A stretch of 62,631 bases of DNA, counting the filler, from Hausera hauseri (Eukaryota): the NCBI GenBank assembly GCA_046269625.1. It is 10 parts of 10 records of this genome, joined end to end, with 100 filler letters (N's around TTAATTAATTAA, not from the genome) between each part and the next. Parts side by side here need not be neighbours in the genome. Positions count along the whole stretch, not along the records: positions 36,588 to 42,680 come from JBJURY010141982.1; positions 42,781 to 49,486 come from JBJURY010073439.1; positions 49,587 to 53,667 come from JBJURY010773205.1; 7 more parts are not named here. One strand, given 5' to 3'. Each line of letters opens with the position of its first letter. Position 1 is the first letter of the stretch. The notes under the pieces were generated by a model that saw only the letters and a program-made list of their open reading frames with translations, was not told the DNA's origin and made no database searches. Shown here one piece after another: positions 39,501 to 49,773 of this stretch. A program made the translations under genes and the position numbers.

Positions 39501-42500
39501 ACAGGGAGACAAGAGCAGAGACACAGACACAGACACAGACCGAGACAGACAGACAGAGACAGAGACAGAAAGACAGAGAAACAGAGACAGAGAGTCATAG
39601 ACATAGAGAGAGAGAAACAGACAGAGAAATAGAGAGACAGAGAGGCATAGACAGAGAGAAAGACAAAGAGGCAAAAACATAGAGAGACAGAGACAGATAC
39701 AAATACAGATAGAGACAAAGAGACAGATAGAAAGGGAGACAGAGCGACAGAGCGACAGAGATAGAGAGACAGAGAGCCAGATAGACAGAGACAGAGAGAC
39801 GTATCGAGGGAGAGACACAGACACAGACCGAGATAAAGAGACGAAGACAGAGTCACACACACAGAGCGAGACAGAGAGACAAAGACATAAAGACATAGAG
39901 ACATAGAGACATAGAGACAGAGAGACAGAGAAACAGAAGCAGCGGGAGACAGAGAGGCATAGAGACAAAGGTAGAGATTCAGAGGGACAGAGACAGAAAG
40001 ACACAGACAGATAGAGAGGGACAGACACAGACCGAAACAGAGAGACAAAGAGTTGGACACGGAAATAGACACAGACCGAGACATAGAGACAGAGACAGAT
40101 AACTTGTCAGAGACAGAGACAGAGACAGAGCGACATAGACAGAAAGACAAAGACATTGAGAAAGTGAGACAGAGAGATCGAGGCACAGAGATACAGAGAG
40201 AGACACAGACAGAGACAGGGAGAGAGAGAAAGAAAGATAGAGAGGCAGAAATAGACAGAGAGAGAGAGACACACAGAGAGAGAGAGGGACAGACACAGCC
40301 CAAGACAGAGAGAAAAAGACAGAGACACCGACACACNNNNNNNNNNNNNNNNNNNNNNNNNNNNNNNNNNNNNNNNNNNNNNNNNNNNNNNNNNNNNNNN
40401 NNNNNNNNNNNNNNNNNNNNNNNNNNNNNNNNNNNNNNNNNNNNNNNNNNNNNNNNNNNNNNNNNNNNNNNGACAGATAGACAGATAGACAGAGACAGAG
40501 ACAGGTGCAGAGACAGATGCAGAGAAACAGAAACAGAAAGACAGAAGACATAGAAACATAGAGGCAGAGAGACAGAGACAGACAGAAACAGATAGGCAGA
40601 GACAGACAGAGACGGAGAAACACAGACATAGAGAGAGAGGGACAGACACAGACCAAGACAGAGAGACAAAGACACAGACACAGACACAGACACAAACACA
40701 GACCGAAACAGAGAGACAGAGACANNNNNNNNNNNNNNNNNNNNNNNNNNNNNNNNNNNNNNNNNNNNNNNNNNNNNNNNNNNNNNNNNNNNNNNNNNNN
40801 NNNNNNNNNNNNNNNNNNNNNNNNNNNNNNNNNNNNNNNNNNNNNNNNNNNNNNNNNNNNNNNNNNNNNNNNNNNNNNNNNNNNNNNNNNNAGAGAGGCA
40901 GATGTAGAGAGACAGAGAGACATAGAGACAGAGACAGAGAGACAGATACAGAGAGAGAGACAGACACAGATCGAGATAGAGAGACAAAGACACAGACAGA
41001 GACACAGACATAGACCGAGAAAGAAAGACAGAGACAGAAACAAAGACAGAGAGACAGAGATACAGAGATACAGAGACCGAGAGAGAGACAGACAAAGGCA
41101 GCGACAGAGACAGGGAGACAGGGAATCAGGGATACAGACAAAGAGACAGACAGAGATAGAGAGACAGAGAGAGAGATACACAGAGACAGAAAAACACAGA
41201 CAGAGAGAGAGAGACACAGACGCAGACTGAGACGGAGAGACAAAGATCGAGTCAGAGACACATACACAGACCTAGACAGCGACACAGAGACAGAGAGACA
41301 GATACAGGGAGAGAGGGACAGACACAGACCGAGANNNNNNNNNNNNNNNNNNNNNNNNNNNNNNNNNNNNNNNNNNNNNNNNNNNNNNNNNNNNNNNNNN
41401 NNNNNNNNNNNNNNNNNNNNNNNNNNNNNNNNNNNNNNNNNNNNNNNNNNNNNNNNNNNNNNNNNNNNNNNNNNNNNNNNNNNNNNNNNNNNNNNNNNNN
41501 NNNNNNNNNNNNNNNNNNNNNNNNNNNNNNNNNNNNNNNNNNNNNNNNNNNNNNNNNNNNGACAGATAGACAGAGACAAAGAGATGCAGAGAGGGAGAGA
41601 TACAGACACAGACCGAGATAAAGAGACGAAGACAGAGTCACACACAAACAAAGCAAGACAGAAAGACAGAGACATAAAGACAGAGAGACATGGAGACAGA
41701 GAGACAGAGGCAGAGAGAGACAGAGAGGCCGAGGTAGAGATTTAGAGGGACAGAGACACAGAGACACAGACAGATAGAGAGGGACAGACACAGACCGAGA
41801 CAGAGAGACAAAGAGAGGGACACAGACACAGACCGAGATATACAGAGAGACAGATACCAAATCAGAGACCGAGACAGAGACAGAGCGACATAGACAGAAA
41901 GACAGAGACATTGAGAGAGTGAGACAGAGAGAACGNNNNNNNNNNNNNNNNNNNNNNNNNNNNNNNNNNNNNNNNNNNNNNNNNNNNNNNNNNNNNNNNN
42001 NNNNNNNNNNNNNNNNNNNNNNNNNNNNNNNNNNNNNNNNNNNNNNNNNNNNNNNNNNNNNNNNNNNNNACAGTCCGAGACAAAGAGAAAAAGACATAGA
42101 CACAGACACACACACAGACGAGACAGAAAGACAGAGACAGAGACAGGGACAGAGATTGACAGAGATACAGAGAGACAGGGAGACAGATCGACAGAAACAG
42201 AGACAGATGCAGAGACAGATGCAGAGAGACAGAGACAGAAAAACAGAGAGACAAAGATCCAGGGTAATAGAGGCAGAGAGAGACAAAGAGGCAGAGAGGC
42301 AGATGTAGAGAGACAAAGAGACAGAGACAAAGAGACACAGACAGAGAGAGGGACAAACACAGACTTAGATATAGAGACAAATGCACAGACACATACAGAG
42401 ACCTAGACAGAGAGACAGATACAGAGACAGAGGGACTGACACAGACCGACACAGAGAGACAAAGGCAGAGACACCGACACAGACACAGACACAGACCGAG

Positions 42501-42680
42501 ACAGACAGACAGAGAGACAGAGATAGACAGAGAGAGAGTCAGAGACATAGACAGAGAGAGACAGAGACAGATACAGAGAGCGACAGATAGACAGAGAGAC
42601 AGGGAGACAGAGAGACAGAGATAGAGAGACAGAGAGACAGATAGACAAAGGCAGAGAAACGCAGAGAGGGAGAGACACAG
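36588..42680. repeat. Degenerate purine-rich simple repeat (GACAGA/GA/GACA units) with internal N gaps
   Basis: Whole contig consists of AGAC/AG/ACAG permutations and is nearly T-free on the plus strand. Confidence 0.97.
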
Positions 42681-42780
42681 NNNNNNNNNNNNNNNNNNNN
42701 NNNNNNNNNNNNNNNNNNNNNNNNTTAATTAATTAANNNNNNNNNNNNNNNNNNNNNNNNNNNNNNNNNNNNNNNNNNNN

Positions 42781-45700
42781 GGAGGGAAGAAAAGCAATAA
42801 GAAAATAATTGAGACGGAGGTTGGATCAAGAGAAACATCAACAGAAAGGGAAGAGGTAACAGAAGAAAGAAAAAGAGGAAGAAAGAAGAGTAATCTCAGC
42901 ACACCTTCACCCTCATTTAATCCAGAAGAGACTCAAGCCACGCCCATTTTCGACGATACTATATTGGACCAAGTAATAAGGAATCCAGAAGTAGATTTAG
43001 ATGCGGAAGATGACCTTATTCAAGCAGTAGTTGCGATAGATCCTGAAAATGTCATAAATGTAAACGAAGCAACGAGTACAATATTAAAGTTAATAGACAG
43101 CAAGGTATCCATAGATAAGATAAACGAAATACTGTTTCAGTTATTATTACTGGCCCACGACACGAGCCCGATAAGAGACATAGTACGGACAATATTGGCC
43201 AAAGCAGCCGAAGGGGAGAAAGGAAGAAACGAGACGGTAAGGATAACATTAAAAGAAGGAAACCAGGATATAAGGGTTATAAGAATGAACGAGATGGACG
43301 ATGTATTAGCATTACGTGAGAAGATTGGAGAACTAGAACCGTTTTATAAGGAAAAGATATATGGATTAAATTTTTATGGCAGAACATTATACAGCTATGA
43401 TAGCTTGTTACGGGTAGGATGTAGGAGCGAAAACTACAACCCGATTATGATAACAGATATCCATCCGGAGGCAAGAGCAGAAGAAACCATAGAAAATATA
43501 ATAAGGGAAGCAGAACTAAGAGAGGTTGAGGAACAACCATCAGGAGGTGCACACGACGTCACAGTGCAAACAGACGCCCGAAGAAGAGGAAGGCCGAAAG
43601 GAACCAGGATAAGTGATATCCGAAATAAGAAAGACCGAAACGAGGAAATAGTACGACGTCTACTGTTAGCAGGTACAGATACGACACCGGAATCAGTAGA
43701 CATAGATCCACTGCTAAGGACGCTGTTAGCTAAATTACACACGTCATTCGCTTCATTTGATATGCAGACGGTAATTCCTGACGACTTATTCCAGACGCTA
43801 CGTAATGGAATGTTAAAAATCAGTAGACAGTTCTACGAAAACATCGGTGAAGAAAGAATTAATGAACTGCATGAGCAGGACATATTGGAAAAGATGTTCG
43901 CAACAGGAATTACGCGAGAAAAAGTACGGACGGCTATAGCTTATTTATTATATAAAATAATTGTGATAAATCACCAAACTCAAAATTTAGAGGAAATTGA
44001 AAGAAATATCAAAGCAGCAATAAAGGTCTTGAAAGATACACTAGAAAATTGGGTTCAGTGTAGAGGTGGTTGGTTGGCAAGTCTCACGAAAAACGTAAGA
44101 ACGGAGGAAGGACAAACGGAATTACCACCACCATCGAACGTACACACAACAAGACAAGGCATAACAGGAATGACGATGATGGAGATTCTCCAATTAATTT
44201 TAGTAACATCACTGTTGATGCCAAAGGCCATGGGAATAGTAGCATACGATTGTTCAAAACCAAAGGAAGGACAGAAATATTCGTTAGTTGATTTAGAGAA
44301 ATGCCCTGAAGCTGACCCAGAACAATTAACGACGACTAGTGGTCATAGATACTGGGTCTACCAAGAATCCGAATTCATAAAAGTTAAAATCAGGGAATGT
44401 TACGTAAAGAAGTCTTTCTTTTTGTTCAACTGCGCATATTACTCGGGTAACTCGGCTATAATTGAGCCAACGACACCATTTGAGCCGATAATAATATCGC
44501 GCGCTGAATGTCAAGACGCCTTTAAAATCGGCGTAATAACAATACAAAATGCACAGATACCAGCTGTAAGGAATAAGATAAAATATACCCGAATCTTTAG
44601 AGCTGGAAGAATAGATAAGACAATGGAAGGCACGTGTAAAGGAGTGGACTATGATGTAGGAGGTACAATAGCGCCAAGGACAGTGGCGATTGAAGATTAT
44701 CAAGTCCAACTAAAGGAATACGAAGGTTTGTTTGACTCACAAACTAAACTTATGACGATAATGAATGAATGCGAGTACGAAAGTGGTGAATGCGATACCG
44801 GCGAATCCAAAATGACGTGGGAAGTGTCTATAAATAGATGTCACTTAACCCTACTAAAGGAAGGAAAGTTTAATAAAACTGTAGGAAAGACAGCCGAGAA
44901 AGACACCACAACGTATAAAAAAGGCGTTAAAGAGTTAAAAATGACAGAAGTTGCCACAATAGTTTACTCAGAAAATCCTGAAGAAATGATGCGATTTAAG
45001 ATCACGGGAACAACAAACAAATGTGACGAAGAGATATCTAAAACTAATTATAAAGGAATTTATCTCTCACCAAGAGAAATAACGCAAGCCAAGACGAAGA
45101 TAGACAAAAAGGATATAAAAATAACACAATATTTCGATAACAAAATTGACTTTCTGATCAATTATGTTAGAAAAGAGATAAGAAGTTTATATAGAGAGAT
45201 AATAATGAATGAGTGTAAGTTGAACTACGAAATTATTCGAAACAAGATGGCATTAGTAATAACAAACCCTAACATGGTAGCACCAGTAGTGCCATTTAGA
45301 GATGGAGTAATTGGAAGAGTAATGTGTGAGGTACTCATTACTATCGAATGTAAGAAAGTGGAAGTAACAATAAAAACAACGGACGAATGTACGTCAGAAC
45401 TACCTGTAATTTACCATACAGAACCTAGATACGTCATGCCCGTAACTAGAATACTACTAGATGCTAACGTAAAACCAATTCGGTTGGATAACTGTACTTT
45501 TAATATGGCACCTATGTTTAAACTAGATGAGAAGAAGTGGATTAGGATGCCCAAGAGAGAAACCGTGCCGAAACCAGAAACGTTAAGTTTGATAAACTTA
45601 CAGAGGAACCAGTACTTCGAGCCACTCACCGGAATATCTCAAGGAGGAATTTACACACAGCAGAACTTAGAAGATTACCGACGTATGTTGCTATTTCCCC

Positions 45701-46185
45701 AACAAAGACAAAGGATAATAACGGAATTAACAAGAAGAGTAATGTGGGATGGTGAAGGTTCGCCACAATGGGAAAATTTAATGGGAAAAGATTATTTTAA
45801 AAAAGTTACGCGGAACATCATGGAGAAGATGTGGGGAAAACTTTTGTATTTTGGACAAGCAGCCTCGGGATTTCTCGCTATATACTTTATCATTAGCGCA
45901 CTAAGAACTATATTTACGGCCCTTAGTAAAGCATATGGCATACATGCAGCAGTAGGCTGTTCTTGGAAGATTCTAATAGCAGTAATACCGGCCGTAGCTA
46001 GTTGTTTTCTAGCAAAACATAATGCGCAATGGAAAAAGAAAATATTTACAGAAAGAAACGAAAAGAATTCGCTATATAGCAATATAAAGGACAAGAACGA
46101 TGACAATGATGATCCGGAGATTAAGCTAAAAAGCAATAAATATATGAAGAGTTGGAGAAGTCCCTCATTAAAACCACGAAACTAA
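42781..46185 (+). CDS. Retroelement ORF (5' partial): UBL, AT-hook, Bcl-2-like domain, chuvirus-type class III fusion glycoprotein
   Basis: Frame open to the contig edge. Internal signal MEILQLILVTSLLMPKAMG|IVAYDC (44170-44253); Cys-rich ectodomain with ECKLNYEIIRNKMAL, CEVLITIECKKVEV, CTSELPV, MPVTRIL and GIYT; hydrophobic anchors ~45841-46014. Confidence 0.85.
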   Translation, partial: GGKKSNKKIIETEVGSRETSTEREEVTEERKRGRKKSNLSTPSPSFNPEETQATPIFDDTILDQVIRNPEVDLDAEDDLIQAVVAIDPENVINVNEATSTILKLIDSKVSIDKINEILFQLLLLAHDTSPIRDIVRTILAKAAEGEKGRNETVRITLKEGNQDIRVIRMNEMDDVLALREKIGELEPFYKEKIYGLNFYGRTLYSYDSLLRVGCRSENYNPIMITDIHPEARAEETIENIIREAELREVEEQPSGGAHDVTVQTDARRRGRPKGTRISDIRNKKDRNEEIVRRLLLAGTDTTPESVDIDPLLRTLLAKLHTSFASFDMQTVIPDDLFQTLRNGMLKISRQFYENIGEERINELHEQDILEKMFATGITREKVRTAIAYLLYKIIVINHQTQNLEEIERNIKAAIKVLKDTLENWVQCRGGWLASLTKNVRTEEGQTELPPPSNVHTTRQGITGMTMMEILQLILVTSLLMPKAMGIVAYDCSKPKEGQKYSLVDLEKCPEADPEQLTTTSGHRYWVYQESEFIKVKIRECYVKKSFFLFNCAYYSGNSAIIEPTTPFEPIIISRAECQDAFKIGVITIQNAQIPAVRNKIKYTRIFRAGRIDKTMEGTCKGVDYDVGGTIAPRTVAIEDYQVQLKEYEGLFDSQTKLMTIMNECEYESGECDTGESKMTWEVSINRCHLTLLKEGKFNKTVGKTAEKDTTTYKKGVKELKMTEVATIVYSENPEEMMRFKITGTTNKCDEEISKTNYKGIYLSPREITQAKTKIDKKDIKITQYFDNKIDFLINYVRKEIRSLYREIIMNECKLNYEIIRNKMALVITNPNMVAPVVPFRDGVIGRVMCEVLITIECKKVEVTIKTTDECTSELPVIYHTEPRYVMPVTRILLDANVKPIRLDNCTFNMAPMFKLDEKKWIRMPKRETVPKPETLSLINLQRNQYFEPLTGISQGGIYTQQNLEDYRRMLLFPQQRQRIITELTRRVMWDGEGSPQWENLMGKDYFKKVTRNIMEKMWGKLLYFGQAASGFLAIYFIISALRTIFTALSKAYGIHAAVGCSWKILIAVIPAVASCFLAKHNAQWKKKIFTERNEKNSLYSNIKDKNDDNDDPEIKLKSNKYMKSWRSPSLKPRN

Positions 46186-49100
46186 AAATATATATCGAGG
46201 TTAGTAACAGACTTACCGCAAGAAAACCTAGACGATGAATATCACGGACAAGGTTATAATGGGCAAATGATAACGAATCCATCAGCTCCCCAATATTCAA
46301 AACGTGAAGAAATCTACCCCATGTATCAAGTATTACAAATGAAACAAAATTATGATGAAAACCGTCACCATGAACCAACTTGTAAAACGACGGATAAGAA
46401 CGAGGCACAACCACCGTTAAGACCAGAGATAAATATAGAAGTAAACGGATACCCATTGATAGCTTTAGTGGATACAGGATCTACGACTACTATCATGGGG
46501 GAAGATCAGTTACCTAAAGAATTAAGAAGAAAGTTAAGGAAACCAAGTACGACACTGATTAATGTGGGAGCGTTTGGCATGGAAGAGGAAATAAAAAAAG
46601 TATTGGATGCAAAAATTAAGATTGGCAACCAAATAATAAACCATACTATTAGAGTAGCCAAAAATTTGACTAACGATATACTGATTGGATGTGACGTATT
46701 AAATCAGTTAGAGAACGCTTATATTGATTTAAAGACAAGTCAATTAAAAACCTTCAACAAGGAACAACATAAAGGATCAGTTTCGCTAATACAAGATGTT
46801 ACAATCCCACCACGCTCCGAAATAATAGTACCCGGTCGAATAGAAAATAGACTACTCGCCACATACATATACTTTGAACCCTTCTCACAAACAATGGAAA
46901 AGTATAATATAATTATTGCTCCACACGTAGATAAAGTGAGAAATGGAAAGATTCACTTACGAATTTGCAACGCTGGAAATAACGAAAAACGACTAAAGGA
47001 AAACACAAGGTTGGGAGAAGTAATGGAGATCGAAGAAATACAAAAAGAGGAAATTAATTCAGTTATATCAGATGTAGATAAGATAGAAAAGATGATGAAA
47101 GAGAAACTGAGGAAGGAAACAAATGAAGATAAGGGAAATACAAAGAGGACGAAAATTAATTGGGAAGAAAAATTAGGGGATTGCGAAATATTAACCAAGG
47201 ACGAAAAAAGAATGCTAATTCAACTACTGGAAAAGAACAATGAAAGATTTGCCCAAAATGACTATGACTTAGGTACGATGAAGGTAATACAACACACCAT
47301 CAAGTTAAAAAAAGGACAAGATAAACCAATTAAGAAACGACCATACCGCTTAGCGTATGATAAAAAGCAAGAAGCTCAAAAAATTATAGAGGAAATGAGA
47401 GAAAATAAGATAATTCGACCGAGTTGCTCACCATGGACAGCGCCTGTAGTGATGGTCAAGAAGAAAGACGGAGCCATGAGATTCTGTATAGATTATAGAG
47501 CCTTAAACGAAATAACTGAAACTGATACTTATCCGCTGCCAAGAATTGACGAAATATTGGACAAATTACATGGATCAACAATATTTACCACTATTGACCT
47601 ACAAAAAGGGTATTGGCAAGTAGAAGTAAAGGAAGAAGATAAGCCCAAGACCGCCTTTTCGATAGGCGAAGGATTATGGGAATTCAATAGAATGCCGTTT
47701 GGACTAAAGAATGGACCACCAAGGTTTCAAAGAGAAACTGAATTATTACTATTAGACGCACCACATGCCATGGTCTATATCGATGACGTCATAATAGCAT
47801 CATCAGACTTCCAACAGCATTTAAAAGATTTGCAAGACCTCTTTGATAGATGCGAAATCATGGGTTTAAAAATAAACCCAAAGAAATGTTCATTCGCCCG
47901 AGTAGAAGTCGATTTCCTTGGACACCGAGTTGATAGACACGGCGTGAAACCGCAAGATAGTCTTTTAGGGAAGATAAAAGATTTCCCTAAACCAACTACA
48001 GTAAATGAACTACGCCGATTCCTAGGCTTAGCGAATTATTATCGAAGATTTATAAAAGATTTCAGCAAAATAGCCAAACCTCTATATCAGTTACTTCGTG
48101 AAGATCTAGAAAAAGTGGTATGGACAGTCGACTGCCAAAGAACTTTTGAGGAATTAAAAGAAAGACTATTGAACGCTCCGATCTTAATTTACCCCGACAT
48201 GACTAAGCCGTTTATATTGGCAACTGACGCAAGTGACTATGGAGTAGGAGCAGTACTATCCCAAAAAGGTGAGGACGGGAAAGAACATCCAGTGGCTTAT
48301 GCTTCTAGAAAATTAAATAAACATCAAAGGAATTATGCGGTTATCGAAAAAGAATTATTAGCCGTAATATTTGCATTAGAAGTATTCTCACCATACATCA
48401 GTGAAAATAAACCCTTGCTTGTATACACAGATCATCGTACCCTACAATGGCTGAAGCAACATGAAAATCCGAATAGCCGATTACTACGATGGGCTCTTAA
48501 GTTACAACGCTATACGTTAAATTTTCAGTTTAAACCAGGAACATGGAATGCGAACGCAGATTATTTATCAAGAATGCCAGAAGCATCAAAGATAAAAAAG
48601 GAAGTAGTTGCTGCAGTATCGAGTATGGATGGGTCCATAAAAAAAATAAAGCAAAATCAACGAGAAGATACAGAAATAAAAGCAATTAGAAATTTTATAC
48701 AAAATAAAATATTGCCATCAAACAAGGAGTTAGCTAGACATTTAGCTCGATTCAGTGAAACTTACGAAGAAAAAGATGGGTTTTTGTATTACATCTATCA
48801 AAATGGACCAACATTAGTAATCCCACAGAAAAATAGAAGTGTTCTGTTAAAACAATATCACGATGGATTACTGGGAGGTCACCAGTCAGCGAGAAAAACG
48901 ATAAATAAATAAAAGGGGAAGTATTTTTGACCCACCGTAGCAATGGACGTGCAAGAATGGTGTGATAGTTGTACACTTTGCGCCACTCTTAAAAATACTG
49001 GATCAAAATTTAAAGCCCCCTCAAAGTATGAGATAATTTACCAGCTCCGTTTGAATTCACAGCGATGGATATAACATGACCCTTACTATTAACGCGAAAT

Positions 49101-49486
49101 GGAAATAAATATATTTTGGTTTTCGTATACTACTATACTCGATGTATAGTGGCACTACCTTTGCAATATATGAAAGCAGAAACAATTGCCGAAACATTTG
49201 TAGGAAACATAATATTTAACAATGGAGCCCCAAGAATCATATTAACAGATCAAGCATCTAATTTAACTGGTAACGTGATGCAAGCAATATATGATATTAT
49301 GAGAATTTTGAAACTACGTTCAACAACAGGACACCCAGAAAACAATGGAATGGTTGAAAGATACATTGGTGATTTAAAAAATAAACTGCAAACAGTCGTT
49401 AGCTTTTGACAGGATGATTGGGATGAATACATCAACGCCTGTGTATTTCTGAATCGAACATCCGTACACGAAGCTACAAAGGAAAC
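46186..49486 (+). mobile_element. Ty3/Gypsy pol (PR-RT-RNaseH intact, integrase decayed), in the same frame as the glycoprotein ORF
   Basis: LVDTGS (D at 46471), SPWTAPVVMVKKKDGAMRFCIDYRALN, YIDD (47776), TDASDYGVGAVL, EKELLA, HDGLLGGH...CDSCTLC, ILTDQASN and HPENNGMVER. Confidence 0.96.
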
Positions 49487-49773
49487 NNNNNNNNNNNNNN
49501 NNNNNNNNNNNNNNNNNNNNNNNNNNNNNNTTAATTAATTAANNNNNNNNNNNNNNNNNNNNNNNNNNNNNNNNNNNNNNNNNNNNTTTTTGATATATTT
49601 CATTTGTTTCAATATGTATTACTGCGTTGTATCCAGTTAATTTGTTTTTCAGTTTATTAGAGATAATTGATAAAAAATTGACAAATCAATAAACAGTTCA
49701 GTCGTTCATTTCTTTATTTCTTTATTGTGTATTTTGGAATTATTCTGCTGTGGATATTTATAACAAATTAACA

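Noticed and set aside
36532-42678. Long Ser/Leu/Val/Cys and Arg/Asp/Thr ORFs up to 918 aa
   Set aside because: By-products of a stop-poor simple repeat and N runs.
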